Assembly (NCBI GenBank): GCA_012295275.1
Contig: CM022670.1
Location: 31,744,001-31,808,000 of the forward strand
Reading direction: 5' to 3'
From: Chrysomallon squamiferum
Lineage: Eukaryota; Animalia; Mollusca
DNA: 64,000 nt
Shown here: piece after piece, positions 15,799 to 28,533 of the stretch
Position numbering within the stretch: position 1 is the first letter of the stretch
Layout of the letters: every line of letters starts with the position of its first letter
Notes under the pieces: generated by a model
Told to the model about the DNA's origin: nothing
Databases searched by the model: none
What the model saw: the letters and a program-made list of their open reading frames with translations, nothing else
Translations under genes and position numbers: made by a program

Positions 15799-18070
15799 AA
15801 TGTATTAATGTCTAAAAACATATTCTCCAATTCATATATGCTTCATTCTTTAATAGAAAAATGTTTTGTATTATCACAATGTTAAAATTAATTAAAAGAC
15901 TTGTAAATGGACATCATTTTATATATATCAGGTTTCTACATTTCTCACTGACTTCTCTGTTAGTACACTACTAACATTCAGGGGTTTTATTTACTCTACT
16001 TCTCTACTTTACAAATAATTATAACTTCTTCAGTTTTGAATTTGTAAATACACAGTTATTCTTAAAAATGTAATTTAATTTTTATTTTAGGTAAAGGTAA
16101 ATGATAGACATGTTGAACTCCCATTCAGCCAGAAAAAGATCACAGCTCTGAAAGTAAACCATGTTATTCGTATCAAGGATGGAACTGGCCTGTTAGTCGA
16201 AATTGACCCAGAACATGACATCCATACAATCCAGATTAGTACATGGTACCATGGCAGAACAGCTGGTCTCTTAGGAACATTTGACAATGACAAGTCAAAT
16301 GACATGATGACATCAAGTCATGAGGTTGTTGATGATGTCACCAAAGTTTGCAAATTCATGGGAGGTTGGTCAGAAGAGCTGTCGATCAATCAATGCTGCC
16401 AAAAAGTTAATTGGAATGGAAGACAAAAATGAACAGTGTACAGAATTGTTCAAATCAACAAAATCTTCACTAAGTCGATGCTTTACTCAGGTTTGTGTTA
16501 ACTGTGACGCTATAATTGCTTTGCTGACCAAACTTTTCTTTTTCTCAAGTACCTCTGAGTTTTATTCAGAGTTATTTGTTTATATGTCAGTTTGGTTTCA
16601 CTGCAAAAGAATTATGCTGTTCATTACCTATTCCTAATCCTAAATATTTATTTTCATATTAACCTGACCTTTTTTTTATGATGAATCAATATATTACTGG
16701 AAACAACAAAATAACTTTTTTTTTTAAATTATTTATTTTAATTATATCCTTAGTTTGGGATCCTTCAAAACAGTTTTTTTTCTATTAATTAATTAATGAT
16801 ATATATTGCTTTTTTTGTAGATTGATAATGAACAGTTCTACAATGTCTGCATGCGTTACACAGAAACCATGCCAAAAGTCACAGAAGCTAAATGTCTGGC
16901 AGCTGTGCAGTATCATCATTTGTGTAGAAAAGCAGGCTACTATGTGCAGGTTCCACCAGAATGTGGTGAGTCTTGTGAAATCATAACAAACATTGACTGT
17001 CATTTAACTTGCATTTCATATTCAACATCACATGTGTGTGAGTGTGATCCTTTATCCAAAATATTTTTTGAATAGCTACAATAATATCTTACAGTTTTTG
17101 GATAGTTTAGCAAATATTTCAAGCATAAATGTATTAATCATAAAAAAACACAAAAAAACAACAACTGCAGACTATCTGTGGAAGCTATCCATCAAATTTA
17201 AATGGATTTACATTATGCATCTAGAAAACAATAAATGTTTTGACATTTCTTTCACTGGTTTCAGCTGCATTGGTATCAGGTGTCAATGTTTTATAAAAAT
17301 CAGCAAGTACAAAAAGATTTATTTATCACTGATATACAGTTCAAATGAACTGACAATTTTTATTTTTAAATCTGCTAATAAAAATATTTGATAGGTATTT
17401 ACACAAATATTCTATGGATTTATGAAGAAGATACATTTATTTTAATTTTTCTTGAGTAATACATAAATGTTTTGTATTTTAATAATGCTACCTAAATATT
17501 ATTTATGATTGAATATTATATACTCTCCATTTTCTCTCAACTATTTCAGTGAGCTGTTCCACAATAAACCAGGAGACATCTTTCAAGTACATTGAACTGA
17601 CAGCTGGAGGTGAAAACCCAGTTCCATATTCTGCTGATGTTGTTATTGTCTTTGAGGAAAAGAAGAATGATAGATGGACACCAGTCAAACTTGGCCAGCT
17701 TGTACAGCAGATAAACAGAGCTTTGAGTGCTTCTGGTAAGTAACCGTATTTCCAGTTTTAACCAATGACCCATTATTTATCAAAAGCTATTGTTTTTGTT
17801 TTTTTTCTCTAAAGGGAGGTCAATGTAAAAGATCATTTGTGGTTACTTAATGTCTTCACTTCTATATTTTATAGAAACCACATATAAATATATATAAAAA
17901 TTTTCTGAGCTGTTATTAAATATACATTAACTGATTCATTGATTCTATGGTTATATTTTGTAGTATATTTGTAAATATATGATTTCTAAACTGCTATTTT
18001 GATGTTACTGCAGATTATTTTGAAAAATTATTTTACTCTTTAATTTTACACTTTATTTTATTATTATTAT

Positions 18071-18105
<35 letters not shown>

Positions 18106-20570
18106 CAGTAAAAAAAACCTAATTAAATAAGTAATAATAATAATAATAATAATAATAATTTAAAATTCTTATTAATAGATATAATTTCAGTCAATTCCTT
18201 TTATTTGCCAGGTCTAGCAAACAACATGTTTGGACTTGTTGGATATGGTGGACCTCATCAACTCAACACAGAACACAGCCACACTTTTGATGGTCAGTTA
18301 TTTGGGACAGCAGTCAGTTTCCTAAAAGGAGTAGAAGATATAGAATACTCAGTCTCAAAGACACCTGGAAATGCTTTGGATGCTCTGAGATATGCTACTC
18401 ATTTGCCCTTCAGAACAGGTGTATCAAAAATAATGATCTTCATCCCAGCAATGGCATGTGAAGCAAGCCTTGTATCATCTGATATGGAACAACATCTCAA
18501 ATCAAATGGTTTCACCATGCACATTCTCCGTGATGAAAGAATAAATGTTGGGAGAAACAAAGTTTACAAAAATACTCATGTTTTTGGTAAGTATTAATGG
18601 TTATTGCCGTTGTTTATGAAATTAATTTTCTGTTACATATTACAAAAATGAAATGTGAGTTAGAAGATATAAATTTGCTTTAACTTTTTGCAGAAAATAG
18701 CATTGAGGCTTATCAAAATACTTACATATTCAACAATTACAAATGGCTGTACAATTTCTATTGCTACTTTACTGCTACATTTACCAGAAATTAAATGTGA
18801 AATTGGACAAGTAAATTTGCAGAAAAGTATTTATTCAGGCTTTTTATATTGCAGTTTTTATTTAATCTTATAGAAATATTTTCATTTTTGTAAGTACTTT
18901 CTTAGTATATTTCCAGAAATTGTAAGAAATTATGTAAGTTTATTTCAGCCTAAAACAAAAATTGATAATATTTAATTTGGCTGCTTCACTTCTTCACATA
19001 TGCTTCATTTTTTACAGAACAAATACTGCTACATTTCTACACTGTTAAAATGAATTAAAGAATTGCAGAACAGACACTCTCTATGTATTTCTCTGAGAAC
19101 TTACTTACTAGTTTATAACTGTTTTACAAGTGTGATGACATTATATAACAAAACACAAAACATATTTCAGCCAAATAATAAGTAACTCGTTAACAAAATA
19201 TAAAAACAGTTTGCAGTAGAGCATCAAATATCTAAATCCACACAAATTAAACTACCATTATTTTTTCCACAGGTATGGACAATCAGCAACTGATAACCTT
19301 TAAAAATCGGAAAAACAAGAACTCGGCAGTGTTGAACGGCATCATCCTGCCCACTGACCAGTGTACTTCGCTAGCTCTGGCAACCAATGGGTCAGTGTTT
19401 GACTCCAGTTACCTGACTGCCACTAACCCTCGAGTCCAGCAAGACTTTATTCACAAGTTTTCTACACGGATTGGAAAAACTGCTGCACCACCCCAATGTC
19501 AGAAATGTACTTGTGAACAAGATGGATATGGAAAAGGAAAATCAGTTTGCAAACCTTGTGACAAAAGCTTCTCTGTTTGGAACGTAAGTTTTATAAGTAT
19601 TATGTTAAATGACAAAATACATTATGGTTTTATAACATTTTGTTTTTTATTCTTCCAATTAGTTGCATGGTTTGCATGTACCAGTCTTTCATAATAATAA
19701 AGTAATTACAATAAATTAACACTGTGTTCACTAAGTTTCTGCATTGACAAATAATACAGAAACAAACATATACAGCTGGTACTAAGTGATAACAAAACCT
19801 CAGAATTATACCTTATACATTTAGGTCATATATCACTAGAGTCACACTATAACTTCCTTTTGTGATAAACAGCCATGTTTTTAAAATGTTATGAAATATT
19901 TGTTTATTAATTGTATTCTATATAGCCATAATTATTTATTTATTTTATTCTAGTATATCCCTTAATTTATTTATTTTTGTATTTTTATTTTTTTAAAGTA
20001 TATCCCTAACTGGTGGACCAGCAACAGAACACCCATGCGTTTATCTGATCTTGATCAGTTTCAGGTAACATTCTTTAAAATAAGCTAAAATAAAGGAATG
20101 GAGAAATGCTCAACTTATGCTTTTTCAGTTCTGTGTTTTAATGTTAAGGATTATTCAGATTATGAAAGATATAATCTACTGCTGTACACTCTTTTTTATC
20201 AGTTAGCAGCAATGATTTTGTTACATAATCATCTGAGGATAAAATAACATTTCTCTCATGTTTTTTGTTTTATAATGAAGAAAATGATATCACCCTTTCA
20301 AAATAATAATAATAATAAAATAATAATAATAATAATAATAATAATAATTAAAAAGAACCAATTTATAATACTTCTTACAGCTTATTTTTTGTCATATTTT
20401 ATAAAAAGCAGTGTTCAAAACAGTGTAAAATTATCACAGAGAAGAATATTAAATGTTTGAAGCTTGTTCTACACACCACTACCAAAATCATTTGGTCCTT
20501 ACAAAATGTTTGCATTTATTTTTAGGAATACCTTGCGATGGACTTACCACTAACGGTCAAGAAAGCTTGA
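382..20570 (+). CDS. Large lipid transfer protein (apolipophorin/ApoLTP/vitellogenin superfamily), 5'-partial, with C-terminal VWD + C8 + VWA-like domains
   Basis: GT-AG exons: 382-642, 1188-1460, 2113-2353, 2711-2939, 3457-8148, 8568-8912, 9275-9440, 9808-9992, 10653-10936, 11382-11529, 12172-12292, 13270-13541, 14262-14628, 15231-15445, 16091-16490, 16821-16965, 17550-17735, 18212-18586, 19273-19583, 19999-20064, 20526-20570 (ends EYLAMDLPLTVKKA*). Phases are consistent except one +1 frameshift near 16345. A long amphipathic beta-strand region is followed by a helical region, VWD motifs (VGNQHFITFDKTHFEFAGRCSYVLARD; WYHGRTAGLLGTFDND), a Cys-rich C8 (FYNVCMRY...CLAAVQYHHLC) and a VWA-like region (ADVVIVFEE...FGLVGYGG...LPFRTGVSKIMIF). 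The start lies upstream of the window. Confidence 0.88.
665..1045. repeat. Degenerate (GATA/GATT)n microsatellite in an LLTP intron
   Basis: Runs of gatagatagatagac and gattgattgatt. Confidence 0.85.
10136..10291. repeat. (GT)n microsatellite, interrupted
   Basis: tgtgtgtg runs; source of the spurious His/Thr ORF at 9989-10312. Confidence 0.9.
13702..13776. repeat. Compound (TTG)n(TTA)n microsatellite
   Basis: Read directly; produces the poly-N and poly-L artefact ORFs. Confidence 0.9.
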
Positions 20571-22275
20571 AAACTTTATACAGACTGAAGACAGCATAAA
20601 ATATTTTTGTTTTCTTCAAAGAGACACACAGCATATTAATGGCACATATTTTCAGTTCATAACAGATAACCTTTTTGCTGTAGTAATTTATATTGTTAAC
20701 TATGTTGTTATGTGTAATTTTAGAAATAACAGCTCTTTCATGAATTGCATTAGTTTGTAGTTTATTTTTGTTAATATTCTTTCTTTTTGACAATAATATT
20801 AATTTACCTATAATCAAACATCGGTAGATAATGCCAAATATTTCAATTTTGTTTAAGTACACTTATTTCATAGCACACATGAACGAAAATATATTTAATT
20901 TAAGTATTCAAATAAATTTTTTTTTTTTTTTTTTTTAACCATTCCAAAATGTTTTACTCAAATATTCATTAGCTTTTAAATGTTTTAACACAAAATATAT
21001 TGAAATACGCATGTATTATCTTTTCACTCTGCTTTTATTCTTAATTTTTAATAATGTTTTTAGAGTTACGGTTCTTGACTTAACATAATTTAATCTATCC
21101 AACCATTTTCATTAATAATTTTTAATTTCTTAAATTTTCTTTTGAACGTTTATTATTATTATTATTTAATAAAGTAATCTGATTATAAAAATGGAATAAA
21201 GTAAAACAACAAAATAGTTAAAGTTGCTAATTTGTAATTTCCGGTTTTAATGGTAACTATTTTCTATTTAGCTTTTAATTCTGATTATAAATTTTATTTT
21301 TGCTCCTGATTATTGTTTATTTAGAATGTTAATTAAAAATTCATTTAGACCGTATATCTGTGTATGTATCAACTGATGTAAATAAATTCATTTAACTTTT
21401 GTAAATAGTTTTTATTTTAATATTTATCTATCCTTCAATAAAGATCAATTCTTTGAAATAATTTTGTTCTGCTTTTACTTTGAAGAATATTGACTGACAT
21501 TTAAAACATTTGAGTATTAATTCATTTTACAAGACTATAAAAGCTAATTTATTAAATACATCAGTTATATAATTCTGGTTAATTTCTTTTTAAATATATA
21601 GATATTTTAAAAGAATATAATTTTTGTTTTAATACAAAAACAAAAGTAAATAAACAAGCAAACAAACAATCAATAAATATATTACCAAAATGATAAGCCT
21701 AAATCGGAAATTATTAACAAATTATTATTACGATTATATATATATATAATTTCTGCTTTTCGATAAACTGAATTGTAAACAAATACTCAAAAAGATCATG
21801 ACGTAAATACCTTGTTTTGTGTTCGAAAAGAAAAAAAAAAAATTATCTTTCGTTTATATATTATCAGCTGTTCAAAAATGCTTATCATTTCTTTTTTGAT
21901 AATAAAAATATCAGTAATGTTTTTAATAAAAACTGGTAATAGAAATGAAAACTTTATTAGATATCATTGTTAATATAATTATGATCTTTCATTTTGTAGT
22001 CTCATCTCTCGCTCGCAAAACATCTATCATATTTGAGGACCAGCGAGTCGTTAAAAAGCAAAATGCGACACATTTATTGTAATGTCAACAGTTCATGTTG
22101 ATTCACCACTCGAGTTGCTCCCCTTTACTGTTTGGTTTACTGGTGTTATTATAATTATATGCGCTACTACACATGCACAGGCCTGCTTCTTTATACAAAC
22201 AAAAACAATTTACTGTATGAAGTACACATAATAAAGCGACTTAGCCTGCCACGAAGACACGTACCACACGTAATA

Positions 22276-22668
22276 ATGACAACATGGGGAGATTATATTT
22301 TGATGCTGCTAGAAAAAGGATATGTAATTCATGCAGCAATACACGGAGTAAAGGATGGCAAAAAGTGGGCGACTAGTCCAAACTTCATGGTTTCATCTGA
22401 AGAAGCATTAGAAATCGTAAATGGTTTTCTTGATGGAGGAAATAAACTTCGAACAAACGGATTAGCTTTAGGCCAGACAAGATACTCTATCATCCATGCA
22501 GACAGTAAAATTATAGAGGGACGCAGTGATTCCTCCGGAGACGGATGCGTTCTGTATAAATGTCACACGTGTGTTATTATTGCAGTCCACAGCAAAGATG
22601 TAACCACCGTTCAGTGCCACGGTGTAGTGGAAAGAGTCGGAGAATTTCTAAGAAACAATGGATATTGA
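22276..22668 (+). CDS. Profilin-family protein (130 aa), no coding introns
   Basis: MTTWGDYILMLL...AAIHGVKDGKKWATS...LRTNGLALGQTRYSII...VIIAVH...CHGVVERVGEFLRNNGY*. It has the N-terminal WxxY, the internal W, the GLxLGxxRY-like strand and the C-terminal helix ending GY typical of profilins. The likely ATG is 22276, not the ORF-track start at 22132. Confidence 0.85.
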   Translation: MTTWGDYILMLLEKGYVIHAAIHGVKDGKKWATSPNFMVSSEEALEIVNGFLDGGNKLRTNGLALGQTRYSIIHADSKIIEGRSDSSGDGCVLYKCHTCVIIAVHSKDVTTVQCHGVVERVGEFLRNNGY

Positions 22669-22969
22669 TAGATTGGCAAAAATTAGACGTAAACAGTATT
22701 GCAAGCTATAACAAATATATATATATATATTTTATTGATGTTCTTGAAAACAGTATTGAAAATCTACATCGATATTCAGTTGATGTCTCGCCATAAAACT
22801 GTGATATAATAGCTTGTTTACACCAACGAAGGAATTTTTATGTGAAGATTATTTCAATATTTGTAAAGTTGTTTAAATATACTTTTTAACATAATACAGT
22901 GAACAGGATAGGGTTGTTTATTTTTAAACGCTGAAAGATGTCAAAATTTATCGATAAACTGCATATGCC

Positions 22970-23071
<102 letters not shown>

Positions 23072-24810
23072 CGTAATTATAATTATACGTAATTGTTGAA
23101 GCCAGTCCTTAATTTTAAGAAGATTCTAGGCATATAGAAAACATTAATTCACATTAATGAAATAATATTGTACATTTTTTTCAAGTATTCAGGTGCAGAT
23201 ATTAACAATTATATATTTCTTATTTATTTATTTTATCTCTTAGCATGGGTATAACTTTTTACGTTATTATTCTTTAGTGTTTTTATCTGTCAAACAACTG
23301 GACTAAAGCTGAAGATTTTAACAAAGAGCATTCCTGTTTCTACGTGTTCAATAGCGTCTGAAGATCGATTACAAATTAAATGTCTTCTCGCGCCCTTTTT
23401 TTTTTTTTTTTTTTTTTGGTTTTTTAACATAAAATACAAGACTACGTTAGATAAATGATTTCTTTATGCAGCTCTTAAACATGACTAAAATAAATAAATA
23501 AAATAAATAACTTATGTTTACCTGAGCTAAGCTGAAAGAAAACAAAATTAGTAATAATACATAGCAATTAACATTGTGCATTGTCATTTATATCGGCTGT
23601 CGCAAGTTACCACATAATAAACGTTTGTCAAAACGTTCACACAAAAAAGCCTCATAAAAAACATTGTGCAGGGTTGGATCTAGTTGTATTTATTGGGGAG
23701 GGTCTGCATTTCCATTTTTATTAATAAAAACTTAATTTACGCTTTCTGGAATCTGTAGACGAATGCAACGATACGACTGAAAATTTATATGTAGTATGGT
23801 AACATCTAAAATGCGAGTGTATTCATTATCAATAGGTTTTACTTACTCATATTTTATCCATCATCTTAAAGTTCGCCAACTCGTTTAATCTGTCTATCTT
23901 ACACCAACTATCCTGTCTATCTATCTATACTTTGTGAGTAGGTTTTGTGTGCTTGCGCATATGTGTGCATATTATATGTGTTGTGTTTCATCTAAAAAAT
24001 CTTTGATGATATCTGAAATGTCGAAACACCCGCACAGGTTGAGGATATGGTAACTGTACTTCACGTACTGGTAAAACGTTAAATGTCATCCATTACGCAT
24101 ACTCTTTATTTTATTGATCTACTTTATTATTAGCAAAAATTAGTTTCTAGTACATTCAATTGGAAATATTGTAAATTATGAAATGTATCGACAAAGGTGT
24201 ATTTTAAACTACACATATATTTGTAGAAGGTTTTGTTTCTTGTCCGTATAAAATTTATTTCTTTAATAAATTGTTTTATGTATATTTTATCCACATATTT
24301 GTGTATATGATTTGTTTTTTTGTTTTAATATCCCTGCAAAAACCTATTTTAATGGCCTTCAATTATCAGGACCACGAAAATCATGCATAAAACACATTGA
24401 TTATTTTTCCAATCTGTGCAAATGTTGTTCCATCAACACATGAGGATGCAAATATTAATAAAAATTACAAAATTAATGGAGTTTATTCATTAGAAAATGC
24501 CACAGTTATGTTAATAATATATAAACACGTTTTTCGTATGACATTAAAATAATACTTTCATTACGACATTTTGGATATAAAGATATTACGATAACCATGT
24601 ATCTACAGCATCAATAGTTTTATAATTAATAAGTGCTGTGTCTATTATGAGTAATGTAATTACGAATTTATATATAAATCTAGAGAGAACTGCTACTTTG
24701 CCATTAATACTAATCCAAGTTATGTGATACTTGTTTATACAGAAATAATAGAAACTGTCAGAATACTGATATGGCTGAGAGCAAATTAATTTTTACGAAA
24801 TGTCAGTATA

Positions 24811-24814
<4 letters not shown>

Positions 24815-24885
<71 letters not shown>
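24815..24885. repeat. (GA)n microsatellite
   Basis: About 35 GA units; source of the poly-ER ORF at 24800-25045. Confidence 0.95.
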
Positions 24886-24887
<2 letters not shown>

Positions 24888-25329
24888 TGAGTCGAATGTT
24901 AAAAAGAGTCGAAGAAAGAGCGAATAACGAAAAAGAAATGAAAAGAGAGAGGGTGAAAACAGACAGTCGAAAAAATGAAAACTGTAGAGAAATAGAGAGA
25001 GAGACAGACAGACAGACTGAGAGCGAGAAAGAGACTACGATATAATATGAAACCCTTATCTTTACTTAAAACGCAAACCACAGATTCTCATCATAATGAA
25101 GTAAGACAATTTATGCAGAAAAATGATATATTTGCTGAGAACGACCACATCCTACGCAAAAAGCTCTGCTGCCTTGAACTCGACAAAACGCAACTCTCCT
25201 GGGCAGTGTACGATAGGACAGTTTTTAGTGACGGTGTGCGGTATCACAGATTATGGTTCTCGCTATACGGGAAACAGAGTAAACCTCAGTTAGTCTAGTC
25301 ACATCATTCTAATAATTATTAGTTACGTA

Positions 25330-25379
25330 GCGTCCACGACCCTGAGAGCTGCAGCGAGATGCGAGTATCCGAGTGAAAA
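25330..25379 (+). other. Putative non-coding first exon of the long profilin gene
   Basis: CpG-containing patch ending in a strong donor, gagtgaaaa|gtaagtg (intron starts 25380). Candidate acceptors end at 28142 (ttttttctag) and 28513 (taacctag). The exon start is not defined. Confidence 0.35.
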
Positions 25380-27269
25380 GTAAGTGTGTTTATTTACTGT
25401 TGACTTGTGATATTGTGTAGTGCAGTAGTTTTAAATAATACGCGTGAAAAACATGAACAACTACTTTATTTATACGATCACAGAAGAAAGAATTTAAAAA
25501 ATAATATTTCTGAGTTATTTTTATAATAAATAAATTTAAAAAATAAAAATAGAAATAAATAAATTAACCATTTCTAAATAATTTATATTTTAATAATTAT
25601 TCTCCAGCTACTACTTCTATTACGAAGTCTAAATTTAAAAAGAAAAGAAAAATAATTATCTCTGTATTTATTTATTTATTTATTGTTGTTGTTGTTGCTG
25701 CTGCTGTTGTTGCTGTTGTTATTAATAACTGTAGTAGTATTTATTACATTTTGTAAGTGTGTCTGATTTTATTCTTTGTCTTTTAGCTTCTTTCAGTTTT
25801 TACATTTGCAATGATTTGTGTGTGTGTGTGTGATAAATACACTAAATATTTACAGCAGAAATACAAATAATCTGAACATTAACTGAATTTAATTTGAAAC
25901 TGTAATTATTATATCCTCAAATGCTTCAGAAGTAACTATCTTCTTTTCTTCTTGTTAACGGTGAATAATTAATATTAGTTCCTAAATTAGAAAACAAAAA
26001 ATCAGAATATATGAATAATAACTCTCCATCTAGCTATTTTTGAAATAAAGAAAATTATGACCCGAGGACATTGTAAGTGATCGCGATTTCAGCTAAATAT
26101 AACTCAGCCCAGAAACCTTTACAGTGTCATGTGTACTTAGATAAGATTATCTTGCTTTCGTATCGAGTCGTGTATTAGGAATTTTTATTTATTTATTTAT
26201 TTATAATTGGTATTATTATTGTTGTTGAATTTTTTTTTTACTAATAAATCAAATATCGACTGATAAGTTTTTTCAAATATATATATATATAATCAAATAA
26301 GACAGACGGGTAGAAACTGTGAACGAGTATGCGTGCGTGTTTGTTTGTATGTGTAGTAACTTAATACATACTTTTAGCTGTCTAAACTCATTTTGGAATT
26401 AACCTTTCTGTGAAGCAGTGCAGTTCTAATGACTTTAGATAACATCTAAAACTGCAGTCCAAATTATACGGATTTATGCATGATTGCTGTTATCGTCAGG
26501 TAATAGTTAAGCTTACACTATATATATATATATACACAAATACGCTGTTCTGACTGAATGTGTATTTGTTTAACTTTGCCTCTGTATATTTTAACGGCCT
26601 TGGTCATTAGTTGATTTACGTTGTGGTAATGTTAGGAAACAAATCCACTGGAGTCACAACAAAGTCTGCCGTTTTCTTTTAGCTGTAAGTGATATTTTTA
26701 GTGCGCTTATCGATATTTAGGGAATTATATACCAGGGCTTTTAATAAATTACATACATACATGTATGTATGTATAAGCGAACTTGTAAATGAATTGTGCG
26801 TTTAAATGCGAGTTAAATGTTTTCTTTATTGTTTAATATGTTGTATAGTAAGGCTATGTAAGCTAATACAGCCAGTTGCTATACTTCTTCAAAACTGACG
26901 TCTGTTATAATGACAAACCTGTCTGAAAGCGTATGCATATTTATTTAATTGTGAAGCAATTTACTCAGGATTTGAAAGAAGATCCACTGCATGAGATAAC
27001 AGTGTTCTTACAAATAACACATTATGGAAAGAAATTAATGCTTATAGAAGTACTTCGTATCTGACAACACTACAAATGAAAAGACAATTTATTATTTTTA
27101 TTTTTTTATTTGACTGTTTATTTATTTATTAGTTTGTTTGATTGTTTATAATTCGTTTATTTATGTTTTGTGTTTGTTTGTTTGTTTTAATTATTTATTT
27201 ATTTTTAAATGAAAATTAGCTTAACTCTTTTTCACAGTTATTTACGTTTTTTGGATACTTTTATGCCAT

Positions 27270-27300
<31 letters not shown>

Positions 27301-28533
27301 GAAGTTTAATTATTTACGAAAACAATCTGAAGAAAAAATTTTCTTTCACTATTTTAGAAAATTAATTCTGAGGAAAAGATACAAAGTTCAGCCCATTTTA
27401 GAAAAAGGAAGACCACGGGTGGAACGAGAAAATTAAGAAACATTTCAAGGAAAACTGACAAGTATGAACTGAAATAATTATACTCGATAAATAGATGATA
27501 TGACCTTGATAATTATAAATGATATTAAAAACACTACTACCAGAACCACCAACCGAAAAAAATAATAATCAAATTTCAAAATAAATAATAACGACAACAG
27601 CAGCAGCAATAACAACAATAACAACAACAATGACAACAAGCATAATAAAAAATATGAATAATAAAAATAAATATTTAAATAATTAATCAGACTTTAATAA
27701 TATCTTAATTAACTAACAAAAATAAACACAACTGAACGAGACAAAACTGAAAGAAAGGAAAAGAACGATTTAAAAATGAATTTATAAATATTTATTAAAC
27801 GACCGTATCTCAGCATATCATTAACGAGTGTCTTTTTCTTGTATTATTGGTAATATGAGAAAGATATCATCATCCCATCATTCGAACACTTGACAGCAAG
27901 GGATTTTATATGTGACGTTTTCCCATTAGTTGTAAAATAGCATAAGGCATTTCCTTCGATAAACATTTCCAGGGGCAAATGCTGTATTGAGATATAGACT
28001 TCAGGGAGAACAGATCATATGAGCTCTGACGCCTCGGGCTATTCAGTATTTTCTTTGTTTAGTTCTTAGTACTCTAAAACAGACAGGGTACCAGCAGATC
28101 TAAAGAAATATACAAACAGTATTCATTTTTCTTTTTTTCTAGCCCTGCATAGAGTAAGGATCACTTTGCTTAACATTCAGTACCTATACTGACGAAATTC
28201 TGATGTGCATATAAATGCTTGTTTAGTCAAAAAAGAAACATAATAACAAAACATTAAAGCTTGTGTATGACATTCATCACCATGTTTGTATATAGGAATT
28301 ATTCCACGTAACCAACTGGGAACAAAGCCTCACCGAAAAGACTTTCTATAGGGTTCATTCAAGCAGTTTTCTTTTGTTATTAGCGTTCACATTCTTTTTT
28401 CAACGTGTGGTCGATATTTACGAGTTACTGAAGTGCACCGATATAAACCATTCTGCGAAGTGTCAATGGGATACTAAACTGGGAATATATTGCCAATACA
28501 ATTTTTAACCTAGCTACCGCCAAAAAATTTAAA

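Noticed and set aside
24800-25045. ER-repeat coiled-coil-like ORF
   Set aside because: Translation of a (GA)n microsatellite.
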